In this document: one piece after another, positions 1 through 13,751 of the stretch
How the letters are laid out: every line of letters begins with the position of its first letter
How positions within the stretch are numbered: the first letter of the stretch is position 1
Source: Mytilus californianus
Lineage: Eukaryota
DNA length: 64,000 bases
Direction: 5' to 3'
Assembly (NCBI RefSeq): GCF_021869535.1
Contig: NW_026262581.1
Coordinates: 51,770,001 to 51,834,000, forward strand
Notes under the pieces: model-generated
The model's input: the letters and a program-made list of their open reading frames with translations, nothing else
What the model was told of the DNA's origin: nothing
Databases searched by the model: none
Position numbers and translations under genes: made by a program

Positions 1-2529
1 AAATTTATCGCCCACTAATATTTTTGCTGATATAGCCTTTAGTTTTCAACAAAAATTTCAATGGGCTAGGGGTGGCGTCACATATGAAATAAGGAAAAAA
101 GGTTGAAAAAATTAACAAATTTCTAGAAAAATGAACGAAAATGAAATATAATAATAATTATTCCTATTTAAGGCTAATGATATTTATAAGCATGAAGCAG
201 ATATACAGTTTTTCGTATCATACTTTCAAATACAAAAAGTTTTACTTTAATAATTGAAGATTAAAAAAACACCTTTACAGGGCAATTTATTGGGGTTCCT
301 GGCTCTTTAAGATCAGAATATCAAAAAATTAAGTGTCGTTAAGTATATTTAAGATTTCAGAAAAAAATCCCTTAAAAATTAAGGGCAGATAATCATATTG
401 AATTTGATAGGAAAATTTGTTTTAGGGGAGATTTTTCAAGAAAATAAGGCCCATGACTTTTTTCTATTTGATATTTCTTAAGTATAAATTTATGAAAAGC
501 AGTTCTCTCATTGAATTTCAATGTATTTTTACGAAGAAAACATAGTCCGTTACCCCCAGTTTTTACATTGAAATTTGAAAATACATTGACCTAGAAGAAT
601 TTAACATGAGTTTAAGAAAAATCAATCGTCGAACATTTAGACACCCTTAGTTCAATACCCCAGTAGAAAAGAAAAAAAACCCAAAACAACATTAGTTTTC
701 AAACTGAATGCAATGGCAAAAAAAAAACGATCAAAAGACAAACAACAGTATACAAAACACAACATAGAAAACTAAAACTGAGCAACACGAATCCCAACGA
801 AAAACTGGGGGTGATCTGAGGTTCTCCGGAAGGGTAAATAGTATAAAAAGGGGTCAATTCATTGTTTCGTTTAAAGTAGCATTTTTCAAGATCTTGTACT
901 GCTGATCATTACTGTTCTCAACTGTCCTTACAGCTTTCAAGTTAGTAAGCTCACTGTCTCATTGCAATCATACTAGTACCACATCTCTTTATTCTAGTAA
1001 ACTAGCTGAAATTGATCAAAAATCTACTTTTAAGGACAATAACACTTAAAAAGAGTCGTTGGGAAATTTTAGTACTAATAGAAAGGAAATAGATTTTGAT
1101 TTTCTAAATATTTGTGCTCATGTCTGTCAGATTTTTTGTATTTGTTATGGTTAGAAGTTATGAGAGTATTGTCTGAAGGTTACCCTTATGTTCTAGGAGC
1201 CATGTTGGTAAATGAGGCAATAACTTTTAATTAAGATACTATTAGATTAATCTTTTAAAGTTTTATTCAAATTGGTTCAGTAGTTCGAAGGAGGAAATCT
1301 CTGAATCTCTCGGACGACGGACGCAATGTGATAGCAAAAGCTCACACTAGCCCATTTCGGATGTGCATTATTACAATGACAAAATAGAAATCGTACTATC
1401 ATAAATATGAGAGGTAGCTGCGCTTATTGATAAATACTTGCCAATAAGCATGAATCGAACCGTGATTAAGTATGAATAAAAATAGATTTTGGGTATAGTT
1501 CAATGGAACAGCTACCCAACGTCACACAATATAAAAAAAATCTTTTAAAAGGAAAAAACTGTCTTTGCCAATGGACAAGGGTAAGTACAATATGTCAAGC
1601 ATATCTCATCTCCTTATTTTTATAACAGTGATAATGCAAGAAAGCTGTGAATGAATTTAACAGAGACTATTAAAGATCTATCAGTCACCAACACCAAATC
1701 CCTACACGAGAAGATTTGTTTTAATACAGTATATATACCTAGAGAATTTTATTTCCGAAAGGTTATATAGTATGTATACTAATAATAAATGTGATGAGTG
1801 CAATAAGTGTTCCTATGATTAACATCATCAGATATGCACAATGTGTTAACGCCAAAAGTTTGGAAAGTCAAATAGTACTTATGCTCAATTTGAATTTAAG
1901 GTTAAAAAAGAAAAGAAAAGAAATCATGATAGAAAAGCTCTGGAATATCGTATCAACTGGAGATCTATACTCCATATGCAGGCGCTGTTCGAATTTTGCT
2001 TCTCAGAAATGGAATATGTTTTGGCGTTAGCACATCATGCATATAACGATGTGAGGATAATAAATCGAATGCAATTATCTATTGTTTTTTTTAGTTTTAC
2101 TATTGATAAAGGCAGTATTTTTTTCTACAAACAATGATGTATAACTAAAATTGCGTTTAGATAGCAATTGTATTTCATATTTTTATTCTTTTTTTTAAGT
2201 TTGATGTCATCTTCTTAAGTGGCAACGGCAGAATATAACAGCTGACATGCATCGTCGTAAATAAAAAAAAATATAAATTTATAAAACTAGATATTATTAC
2301 CATGCTATGTAGAATCCAAATAAATCAACCATAAAATCAATGATTTAGTCATAGACTAATAAAAAATATTCATATCCTTACTAAAATGCTTCATATGAAA
2401 CGCTGGACTTCATGAAAGCTCTAAGCTGAATCGGTAAGGAAAGCAACGATGTTGAAAAGATGGTTGGGTTGATGGATATGTGTCTAACGTCCAGTGGCAA
2501 ATATTACATCCACATGAAGACGAGAACAT

Positions 2530-2790
2530 ATGATATGACTGCTTCTATCCCAACGAACCCATTGAAGTCTATCTTATATTTTGAATTATATCCAGAAATT
2601 GATATTGAGGTTTGGTTTAGAAATAAAATTTTAAATTTCGAAAATCGATATGATTTCAATTTTCTGATTGTGAACTTTCCATTTTTGAGAAGCAAAATTC
2701 CAACAGCGCCTGCATATGGAGTATAGATCTCCAGTTGATACGATATTCCAGGGATTTTCTATCATAATTTCCCTGATATATGCCTATAAC
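2530..2790 (+). mobile_element. Penelope-like retroelement RT C-terminal fragment (degenerate)
   Basis: Translation contains RYDFNFLIVNFPFLRSKIPTAPAYGV followed by a frameshifted SQLIRY-like segment, the conserved C-terminal RT block of invertebrate PLEs. Confidence 0.75.
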
Positions 2791-4189
2791 AACGAGGATA
2801 GTACTATTGCATCCAGCGTTCCAAGTGATTTAGAGGTGGTCATTCCTTCGAAAGTTTTATAAAATGTTGAATTATTCGAAACACTAAAGTTTTCTACCCC
2901 GAGTCATGGATTGCAGTAGTCGTTTAGGTAAACCTTTAAGAAATTTTTAGCTTTTAATACTCTTCAAATCAATGCTCAATCTTTGGTTTTCGGTGAAAAG
3001 CTTTGTTATCTTTGCTTTCGGAGTAGTTATCGTAGTTTTTTTACCACCATGATGTACTTTTTTTTAGTTCAAATTTGTTATGTTATTTTCATGGGCCTTT
3101 TTTCGTACACTTAAATATCGCATAGTCCTTCTGATAGCTGTTCCTACTGACCGATCAATTCTATAAAATCAAATATGATCTCGAATATACCTTACTTCTG
3201 ATGTATTTATGACTGTTCAGTAAAATATTCTTTTTACCGTACGTTGTGAAGAAGCTGTTGAAGTTAAAGTAGAAAAGTCAAAATCTTTATTATGCACTGT
3301 TAGGGTCTTTCCTTTGAATCTTGATTCAAACACAAACTCAGTAAGGTTAGATGTTTCGATTTCGAAGTAGGTGGAAAATTTACCACATAGTTTTGCTACA
3401 GGAAATCCAAAACACAATCTTTCATCAAAATTGGAAAGACTTTATAGCATGGATAGAGCTACATGTGTTAGAAAAAATGAAACACTAAGTGTTTGCGATA
3501 AAAATAGAACACATTCTATTACAAAAGGCATACACAAACATATGTCTAGCGCAATTTTGAGTCATCTCATATGATCTGGAATGGTGACATTTGCATACTA
3601 CACATCAGTCATACATAACTGGATTTGTCTTTCCATATTAGAACCTAGTAAAAAAAAATGGGATGTCAAAGAATTTCAAAATATTCTACGGATGGGAAAA
3701 TGTGGCACTGAAAAAGCATACAAAATGTAAATGCTAATAACCGCGAGGATGGTTTATGCCTGTAGACAAAATATGCTAAAATAAATGCGAAAACAATCGG
3801 TATAATCGAAAATACATCACTTTCGGTTTGGGCCAAGCGTTTTCCTGAAAATTTGTCAAATTAGTTCCTTTCGCCTTATAGAGTAGCATATAAAAACCAA
3901 CTTTAATAAGTTATATACACAAATTATTAAACATAGATTGTTCTAATATATCTACAAGTTTCTGTCGTACTCTCAAAAATGTTCCATTTCAATTATACAT
4001 ATCGACACTCTATAGATCTTTAATTTGTAATGTTAAATTGTGGTGGGTCTTTTTTTACATTTGCGATTGTACAACCCTCCTCCCAACCTGGAAAAGGAAA
4101 ACACAATACAAGAACACACTGTAAAAATCAGTTTGAAAGGTCTTGACTAATTAGATTGGTACTACGTGTATTCACAAAATGATATAACA

Positions 4190-4340
4190 ATAAAACGGAA
4201 GAATGTGTCTGAGGACACGAATGCCCCCGCTTAAGCTTGCTTATAGTATGTGAAAATACTTTTGGGATGGACGGATGGATGGACGGTCAAGGGTAACACT
4301 TAATGCCCCCTTCGACTAGCGCGGTGGCACAACAAGACAA
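4190..4340. mobile_element. Small HINE-like (Helentron-derived) relic
   Basis: gaatgtgtc...atgccccc end, (GGAC/GGAT)n microsatellite and a second atgccccc plus GC-rich end; same layout as the larger HINEs in this window. Confidence 0.45.
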
Positions 4341-6007
4341 GGCACACAAAGTATCAATATAAAAGTCCTCGCAGTTACTTGTAGCTAGATTAAGGCCCAA
4401 CAACAACTAATAAACAAACCATGTTCTCCCAGTCATGAATCAAATCAGTACACATCCAACTGATTTGGTGTACAGACGACATAAGCAGCTTGATAAAAAT
4501 GTTACGTTGTGCGAAATGCTAATGCATGTGAATGAGTATTGAGAGAAAATAAGACCATTAGTGCTTATATCTGGATATCAATGCATGTTTGGTTATGTAT
4601 AAAAAATGTTTAAGATTACTAGTACATCAATAGTATTACCGAAGAACAACTATGTATACTTAACCAAAAAAGTTCATTTCAACTAACATTGTTTCTATGA
4701 AAGTCAGGATTATAAAAAAAAATACCTTCAACAAATGATCCAATATTGAGTATACTATATATCATTTAGAAAGATTAAGATTTCTAGATTCTTCAATTGG
4801 GAACAGATATTCCTTACCAGTGATGCAAGACATAATTGATGGTGTAGAATTTTTGTCTAGTCCCAGTTGTAGTGATATTAACAAATCAGAATTGTTTAAC
4901 ACGTTTGTCTAGCCTGGTATCCTGGCCAAACCGCCTCTTCTCGTCAGTACGGTCATGCGTAATACAATCCACGTGACCACCGTTTTCAGCGCTGAACAGG
5001 ACTTTGTTACTGCGCATGTGCATTTTATATAAACAATGAATATATCGATTGGATCGTTAATTAACTGGCGATTCATGATGTAAATCAAAAATGTTTTAAT
5101 TATAAATGCTATATTTTTGTGGTAATTTCAGTTTTACGAAGTTAAAAACAATTTTAAATAAAATCTTTGCAAATATAAACACCATGTATCAAGAAATGAT
5201 GCTATCCCACGATGCATCCATTAAACGAATACATGTCGCTGCATACCACAAATTAATCCACTTCAATTTAGAACAAAAGTAAAAAACTACTCATTAGGTC
5301 ACTAGCACACTGTGTAACGAATTAATTTTTCCTTACTTACTACCTTACCAGACGTTTTATACCCGACATCTTCTTTTATTCATAACTACATTTATTATGT
5401 TTGATAAGTTTCTTGTTTAAGAAATACCTATATTGTCAACAGAAAAAACAATAATCACAATCATTTTTCCTACAAAACATTGTACGATTGTCTGACTGTT
5501 GTTTGCTTAACGTCCATTGGCAAATACTTCATGCATATTCAGGACAACAGCAAAATATCAAATTACAATTGACACAAAACAATTTTTAGGTTATTCATGG
5601 TAGGTCGAACTTGATGAAAGGGGTCGTAAGAAAAGATATTGTCTAATGTTTTTCTCACATGCTTACGAACCTCTAAAATATATGATAGTCTCCGGTCACA
5701 AGTAATGTATTCTGAAATATATCGTAAAGAGGTTAATATTTGGTTTGGCAACATTTGTCCATTTCTGCCGTACGATATTAGCAGTGTGTTTCGTCTTTCA
5801 AGACATTTAAAATAAATTTTCAGGACAATATCACTCAATTAGAAATACATTGCTTTATTAATTTGTCATTCCTTATTAAAGCAGTCATTAAACATATATA
5901 CAATCAATCTAAAGAAAACGTGAAACACATATTGTCATGTGCAGGCTACAATTTTCTATTAAAGTTCCACAATTTAGTTCTTTTTTATGAAATTCTTATA
6001 TGATAAA

Positions 6008-8053
6008 TTAGATTTCAATGCAGCTTTTCATCGTGTGATCTCTGTAACGCGTTTGCTGATTGAATCCTTTTCCACATCTGTCACACGTGTATGGCTTGTA
6101 ACCGGTGTGTACTCTCTGGTGGATAGTCAGCTCATATCCAGTTAAAAACTTTTTATCACATGTATCACAGCTATACGGTTTAATGCCCGTATGTGTTCCT
6201 TGGTGTCGCTTCAATGCACCAGAATCTTGATAGCTCTTACCACACGTTTCGCACTTGTATGGCCTTTCACCAGTGTGTGTTCTCGTGTGTCTCTGTAACT
6301 GAGCGTTGCTTCCAAATGCTTTATCGCACGAACCACAAGGATAGGGTTTTTCACCATTATGGGTATTTTTAACGTGCCTTTGTAAATTACTAAGATGGGA
6401 AAATTTTCTGTTACATATTTCACATTCGTATGGAGTTTCGCCGGTATGTGTTCTCTTGTGTATTGTTAAAGCCCCATTTTCAGCAAAACTTTTACCACAT
6501 TCAGTACATTTAAAAGGTTTTTCACCAGTGTGTGTTCTCATGTGGCTTACAAAATGGTTTTTTAACCTAAAACGTTTGCCACAAGTTTCACAATCAAAAG
6601 CCTTATAATCAGAATGTATGTCCATGTGAGTAGTCAGGTTTCTTTTCGTAGTAAAGCCTTTACCACATGTGTCACAAGTATAGGGTTTCTCACCAGTATG
6701 TATTCTCATATGAGTAGACAGTTCTCCAGGAGAGTTAAATGTTTTATCGCACATATCGCACTTATGATATTTATTGCCCGTATGTATTTTCAAGTGTGTG
6801 TTTAGGTTACTGTTTTGTCTAAACGCCTTACCACACACCATGCATTTGAAGGGCTTCTCGTCAGTATGGGTCCTCATATGAATTGTGAGACAATTATTCT
6901 TCCTGAATCTTTTACCACATATATCACATTCATGTGGTTTATCATAACCAGTATGTGTTTCCATGTGTTCCTTCAAATTGCTGGAAAGCTTAAAACATCT
7001 ACCGCATATTTCACAACGAATTTTTTTCTCATCATTATGAGTGATCATGTGTTTTGTAAGATTTGCTTTATCTCTAAAGTTTTTACCACATGTAAGACAA
7101 CCATGTGTTTTTTCCTCAGTATGTATTTTCATGTGAGTTGTTAAATAGCTTTTTATCTTAAAACATTTACCACATATTGAACAGCAATATGGGTTCTTGT
7201 CACTATGTATCTTCTGGTGTTTTGCTAACTCACCTTTCGTAATAAATCTGCTAACACAAACAACACATTTATAAGGTCTAGTGGGTACCTCTGAATTGTG
7301 TATTCGCATATGGCTTTTCATGTTTGTATTATACGCAAAGCTTTTTCCACACACATTGCATTTATACGGTTTATCACCAGTATGTATTTTCATGTGATAC
7401 TTTAAACTAACTTTTTCTTTAAAACTTTTACCACATATCTCACAACTATGTGGTCGCTCCTCCGCGTGTGTTCTCATGTGTATTACCAGACAGTTGGGGT
7501 ATTTGAAGTCTTTACCACATGTGTTACAGCTGAATGGTCTCTTGTTACCATGTTTTCTTCTCATATGCTTTGTCAAATCACCTTTGTCTGTGAAACTTGT
7601 ACCACATACATCACAACGATGTTCTTTGATACCTTTATGTCTTTTCATATGAGACGAACGACTACTTGGCAAACTGAATGCTCTGCCGCAAATGTTACAA
7701 CTGTAAGGTTTTTCGCCACTGTGTACTCGTAGATGCTTTTTCAAGTCGCCTTTGTCAATAAAACGCTTATGGCATACTTCACATATGTGAGGCTTAAAAC
7801 CGACATGTCTTTTCATGTGTGTCTTCAGAGATTGTCCGGAATTAAAACTCTTGTTACACTTGACACAAGAGAATGGTTTGTCACTCGAATCAACTATTTT
7901 GGTTTCATTTTGCAGTCCTTTATATTCCGAAAAATCACTGGCCATAACATACTTTGCTTTTTCGTCCACGGCTTTTAGACTTTTTGCTATCGTGTCAATT
8001 TTATAGTTGAAAATGCTTTTCATTGTAATAAAATTTGGTTTCTCTATGTCCAT
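6008..8053 (-). CDS. Multi-C2H2 zinc-finger protein, copy A (intact, 681 aa; 21 C2H2 fingers plus a terminal C2HC-type finger)
   Basis: Uninterrupted ORF with repeated CxxC-x12-HxxxH motifs and TGEKP-type linkers. The ORF-track start at 8074 is TTG; the first ATG is at 8053, with an in-frame stop upstream. Acceptor-like tgtgtttcAG at 8125-8126. Confidence 0.93.
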   Translation of the reverse strand: MDIEKPNFITMKSIFNYKIDTIAKSLKAVDEKAKYVMASDFSEYKGLQNETKIVDSSDKPFSCVKCNKSFNSGQSLKTHMKRHVGFKPHICEVCHKRFIDKGDLKKHLRVHSGEKPYSCNICGRAFSLPSSRSSHMKRHKGIKEHRCDVCGTSFTDKGDLTKHMRRKHGNKRPFSCNTCGKDFKYPNCLVIHMRTHAEERPHSCEICGKSFKEKVSLKYHMKIHTGDKPYKCNVCGKSFAYNTNMKSHMRIHNSEVPTRPYKCVVCVSRFITKGELAKHQKIHSDKNPYCCSICGKCFKIKSYLTTHMKIHTEEKTHGCLTCGKNFRDKANLTKHMITHNDEKKIRCEICGRCFKLSSNLKEHMETHTGYDKPHECDICGKRFRKNNCLTIHMRTHTDEKPFKCMVCGKAFRQNSNLNTHLKIHTGNKYHKCDMCDKTFNSPGELSTHMRIHTGEKPYTCDTCGKGFTTKRNLTTHMDIHSDYKAFDCETCGKRFRLKNHFVSHMRTHTGEKPFKCTECGKSFAENGALTIHKRTHTGETPYECEICNRKFSHLSNLQRHVKNTHNGEKPYPCGSCDKAFGSNAQLQRHTRTHTGERPYKCETCGKSYQDSGALKRHQGTHTGIKPYSCDTCDKKFLTGYELTIHQRVHTGYKPYTCDRCGKGFNQQTRYRDHTMKSCIEI

Positions 8054-8559
8054 TTTCAGTAAAATCTTCTTCAATGCTCTTGTATTTCAATTGTTTAAAT
8101 GTACCTCCCGGTCATTATAATCTCCTGAAACACAGTTCAAAGTTATTCAGTAAAAGGAATATAAGTTTTCATTTCATTATTGGTCTAATGAATTATCAAA
8201 TCAAATTCAATTTCCTCGCAAGGATTTTGAGAAATCCAATTGTAACTAATGATCGATATTTAATATAAAAGCTATTACACAATAATATGATTGCAGAACG
8301 AGTGGGCATTAGTCGAAATTTAACGCATTTGTGGAATCGCTCGTAAGCCGTACAGTGTAAGATACAGATAATAATTATAATAGGTCACAAGAGAATTATT
8401 TATGATAGTCTGGACGTGAAAGTCTGCATTTCTATATTCCTTAATAATTTTAGGTTATATTCTTGTTTCACGTATATCTTAAAACGTTTTCATGATATTC
8501 TGAGATAAACACCCTAGCTATATAACTTACATTGTAAGTAACAATTAAATAGTGTAAAC

Positions 8560-9450
8560 CCGAATAATGTCAATCGTTATTTTTCGGCGGTCTCCGATCG
8601 CTCCATTAACCCGAACGGTTATTATATACCACAAGAAAGCACAGAATTATTCGAGTTTTAAATAAACTTTACTCACATAGTTAATTCAATGGCATAAATC
8701 AGAACCCAGCTGCAATAGTCGAGCGAGACTTATGTTCGGTATCAAATTCGAATGAAACGTCCTTGACCTATTTCAATATTTATACCCATTTATATGAGTA
8801 ATATTGATATTTGACATCTGCCATGGAAAATGACAATAATCCTTTAAAGATATAAAAAAAACATACTTAATGAGTAATTTTACCCTAATTACATTATGAC
8901 GCAGTAATTATCTAATACACATGTATTTGTCTCCGGCAGATCAAACAAGTCCAAATTTCATTAATGAAATTAGGTAATAAACTACAATTTAATTGAGGGG
9001 TGCAATTGCATAAAACTACAGAACATCATTTTTTTTAAATCTAGACTACAAAAATATTAATACTTTACTTGGTTTTAGAACGGAAAATCATAAATTACCT
9101 ATTGAGACTGTTAGATGACAAATTATTGCAAGAGAAAATAGTGAAAAGGTTTACTTTATAATTCTGGAGATATCAGAGATGAATTTCAGTATATTTTAAT
9201 ATTATTCTGTACTTAATGATGACCGTAAACACTTGTCAAACACGGAGAAATAAATATAGAAACCACCACATTCACTGAAATTTAATAAGTTGATGAACAG
9301 TAAAAAATCTATATGATGTAAATTTATCATGAAGGTTAATTAATATTCATGTAGGCTCTCCAACAATAATAACTCTAAATTTTAGTTAGTACCAACCCGT
9401 TTTGTGTCTAGTTCTTATATTTACACTTCTTTGAGTAGCAATTTTTGTTT
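8560..9450 (-). promoter_or_regulatory. Conserved upstream block of ZF copy A, including a putative non-coding first exon ending at donor GTGAGT (exon end about 8677)
   Basis: Aligns by eye with 22840-23900 upstream of copy B (shared ggcataaatc.gaacccagct...gttcggtatcaaattcg...gtccttgacctatttcaatatttatacccatttatatgag and aacccgttt.gtgtctagttct). A GT donor sits at the equivalent position in both copies. Confidence 0.55.
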
Positions 9451-10941
9451 GTTTAAGAGATAATGGTATTTCCCACTTTTTTTCAAATCTAACTCTCGCT
9501 GATCGTGACATGTATAACTAGGCAAATTAAGAAGAGCATTGATGAAAATGAGGTGTCATGAAATAGAAGTCCTTCATAATAAAAGTTCCAAAATGGAAGA
9601 ATTGTTCTGTAATATTATTTCTACTGGAATATTGTTCCTTACGGAATAAAGATTATAGATTTTTTTTTCCAAAAGGAACAGATATGGCATTGTTATAACA
9701 AAGCTTCCATAGGAACTGTTGCCAGGCGGAACAAACAAACGTTCACAGAGGAACATTGTTGAAATCATTTTAGACGATACTATTCAGCGTATCATCATGT
9801 TTATGGTAAAGAATAATTACATCTTAAATAAATTAAACTTGCACAGTACCAAATAAATTTCAATGGCTCTTTTCAATAATCCTGCGGAGTTCCTCTGGAA
9901 CTATCTTAGTCTAAGAAATCGATTTTACTATCGAAATAATATTTTGTGTCAAAGCATATGAAGTGTACATGTGATCTCACTGCAGTCAAGAGTTTTAAAA
10001 TTCAATTCAACTTAATCGCATATGAATTTGAAATTTTGAAATGTATTTAAATTGTTTATCATTCACATAAAGGTACTCACCAAAAGTCTGTATATATTGT
10101 CCTTATGGAATTTCGTAGCTCATATTTATTTGCAAAACATATACTTTCTTGCTTGTTGGATGGGAAATCTTTTCCTAATAGTGCACGGCTTTTTATGCAC
10201 AATGAAATTTTCAATGAAGATTTATTTATTATACTGGTAAAGGAATAACGAAGTGTACAACTGTCACCCTGAAGCAATATACGTATGAAAAATCCCGTCA
10301 AACATAAATTTATGAGTACTTATTGTCTAATTTTTACAATGAAATTGAAAAGAATATGAATTTGATTTATTGACAGATCCTTACACCCATTGGCAAAATT
10401 TTACAGATAATTTATTTTATTAAAGTGTCACCATCCAGTACAGTATCTATGTACACAAAGTCATAAGAACCTAACATTAAATAAAAGGATGCCAGACGAA
10501 AACGACTCATGAGACACTATCATGAAAACAGACATCTAATACATACACAAAAAGACAACAATTTTACATGTGAAAAGTATTTCGTAAATAAAATATATAT
10601 ATATAAAGATATGATTTAGCCCAACAATGTTAGATCTGCAAATTACCATGCCGACACATCAAATTTTAAAATAATTATTTATAAATTCTAGATTACTAAT
10701 AACGTCAATGATCTCTCGGTCGTTTATATCATCCACGTTTTGTATGTAATCTTGCTCACTCCCGCATCATATTCTATTACATGCATATTCATGACGAAAA
10801 ACTAAGTAGTGTCATCTGAATATATTATACTGGAGTGAAATATCTCGGTTAATCCTACAAATTCATTGGTTACCTAAACAGGGGATGTGGGCTCATATCC
10901 ACTGTTTTGGTAGCCAATCAAGAAAGTAAAACAAAGATAAT

Positions 10942-11542
10942 AAACAGCTACGCAATGAGCGCATGATACGCCCGTCGCTTTTTCAAATAATAAAGTTCAA
11001 TAACTTCTCAATGTTATATCAGAAATTTATGAAAAACTAAAGGGAGGTTATCTTAATAGATATAAACCAGTCACCAAAGCACTTTGAAGATATTGTCCGA
11101 AAACTGGAAAATCACCCATTTTTTTATGAATAAAATCCCATAACTCGGAAAGGTAAATTCTAAAATTTATATAAAAATCGAAAGGGAGCTCACATCAATA
11201 GATATAAACAATTCACCAAAGTTCTTGCAAATTGGTGAAAGTGTTTTCGAGTTATTGTCCGAAAACTGGAAAATCCCCCTTTTTAATGAATAAAACCCCA
11301 TAACTCGGAAACGTAAAATCTAAAATTTATAAAGACGAAAGGGAGCTCACGTCAATAGATATAAACACTTCATCAAAGTTTCAAGCAAATTGGTTAAAGC
11401 GTTTTTGAGTTATTATCCGACATGTTGACGACGGACGGACAGACGGAAGGACGGACGGACGGACGGATGAACGGACGGACGGACGGATGGACGGACGGAC
11501 AACGGTATACCATAATACGTCCCGTAAACGGGCGTATGAAAA
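10942..11542 (-). mobile_element. HINE-type non-autonomous Helentron with about 160-bp central repeats and (GACG)n microsatellite
   Basis: Subterminal inverted repeat atacgcccgt (10966-10975) / acgggcgtat (11528-11537), terminal hairpins, about 2.5 central repeats (gtccgaaaactgg recurs about 162 bp apart), microsatellite at about 11425-11500. Confidence 0.8.
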
Positions 11543-13751
11543 TGGTAATTAGTGTTAAAATCAGGATACTCCAGTATAATATAATTGTTACTAGTATTCG
11601 GGCTTCGAAGGGGATATGGGCTCCTATTCATTCTCAGTCACGTCTTCGTCCTTACTGCTTAACGGAAGTGCTGAATCATCAGCTCCCGATTATCCGATTA
11701 TCTACAAACTACAATATGTAGCTGCTGAATAGATGGCTCATCGACATACTACTTTTGATTACAGCAACCAATCCAACGCTGCACTGTCTATATAAACGTC
11801 AGCGTCAGCATCCATTGTGGATGGGGGCGTGTTATGTCGTCTGATTATAAAAAGGAGTAATAAGGGACAATAAAACTGAAAAATCTGCGTCATTTGATCT
11901 CAGGTGGATAGGTGTCTCATTGTAAAGCATACCGCATCAGCTAATTTTCATAGTGAAGTCGGAGAAAAACAGACTCACGTGGCGTGGCCATAAAAAATGA
12001 TAAAACAGACAAACAACAGTCGACGAAACACTTCACAGAACACTATAAATAAAACAACGCGAACCCCCCAAAAAAGCGGATGTGAAGACAGATCTATGCT
12101 CTATGGAAGGCAAGCAATCCTGATCTTCTAGTGTTACCAATTGTATTGATCGTGACTACTAAAAATTCGGATGATGCCATACTAATTGAAAACAGGCCAA
12201 AGAAAGGTTATTATTGACACAAATCTATATTCCATTACGGTTAACCAAAATCATCATATCGTCCTTAAAACTTTCGAAGGTATAACATTAACTTGACCAT
12301 AAAAACCCCGAGTGCAATGGCTAACTTGTTAGAAGCAACCTTTTATCAAGGAATTCATTGTAAGAAACGCAAGCCCTAAAATATGGAATATGTATATACT
12401 CCACATGCAGACGATGTTTAAATTTAAAAGGAAATACATGTAATGTAAAAAATCAACTGCGAGTCACAATTTTGTGGAGTGAGCACAGCAAACGGGTTAA
12501 AAAAACTCATATTATAACGATAAGCTGATATTTTTCAATATCAATATGATAAACATATGATAATCGAATATAGTCTCGGAATGTATATTTGTGTGTTTTT
12601 CACGACAAAAACAATAGGGTTTTCTTTGTTTAACCATGCAGCAAAGCTAAAGAGGATTTGATAACATTGGGTCAAACTTATCTACGTCGGGTCATACATT
12701 ATAAACTTTTAACGTCATAACGCCGTGATATACAATTTTTATGAAGAGATGGACAGAGTGATACAGGCATAAGGAAGATGCATAATACACAAAATTCTTT
12801 ATTATGTTGCCCATTACTTTTATGAACCAAAGTTGGAATAATTCTTCTGTCTGTTTTGAAGTTTGATATGATTGATTGATTGTTGGTTGTTTAACGTCCA
12901 GTGGTTGATATGATGACTATTTGTGTAAAGGACAGAGATCAAATAAAAAATGTGTAAGTTTTCATATCTTATGTACACAACCTTTATAGCAGTGTTTCAG
13001 TTTTCAGGTTTTATCCATAGCCTCGCATCATCTTTGACTGTTTCCTATAATTCTCTATGAGTGAACAGCAGCCACAGTAACGATTTCATTTAATGTTTGT
13101 GGAATCGTTACCGACTGTACGTACATGTCTGCTGATTTCAAAATAAGTTTAATAAATTTCTGACATATCAAGACCACGGAGAACTGTTTAGTTCCAAAAA
13201 CAAACATTCAAACAAGGAATTACAGATTTCCAACTTCTCATTCTTTCTAAACTTCCACCATTTAAACTTAGCGCATATTTAACATTCATTGGGTACAGTT
13301 TTCAACTATAGTAAAGACGGTAACAATGTTAATATGAAGTTCACCTTGGCTTGTACTTTAGGTGGAACGGTAGTATTTCCTGGGCCATAGGGATAGTGAT
13401 AGCCTTTCAGAATTTTCACCACTTTCTAACACAGTTTCAGAACCTGCACACACAGTTACTTTCGTTATAATATTCAGGAATAGATGTAAACATGTATGAT
13501 GACCGTCTTCTTTCTCTACTATTTTTATAAACCTAATGCTACTAGTGCTTTGCAGCCTTTTATCATGTAATGAATATAATTTTTCTTTAATACTCAAAAA
13601 GTCATTTTCACCTGCATGTAAAATTATTTCATAGTTTTCTACACCCGATTTATCCCTCAGCTTACAAAAAATGTTCAGTAGATGCTGAATCTTTTGTCAA
13701 ATCACAATGTTTCTTTATATTGACCTAAGTAGGTAATACAAAAGTACGGTA

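Noticed and set aside
3217-3574. Protein-like minus-strand frame (FGFPVAKLCGKFSTYFEIETSNLTEFVFES...)
   Set aside because: Short, with stops upstream, no recognisable motif and no splice support; it cannot be called from sequence alone.
6211-8268. Plus-strand and alternative-frame ORFs overlapping ZF copy A (likewise at 20101-22182 and 30878-31605)
   Set aside because: Shadow ORFs of the repetitive zinc-finger coding strand, with no independent protein features.
11413-11721. ORFs with RTDG/VRPS repeats
   Set aside because: Translation of the (GACG)n microsatellite in a HINE.
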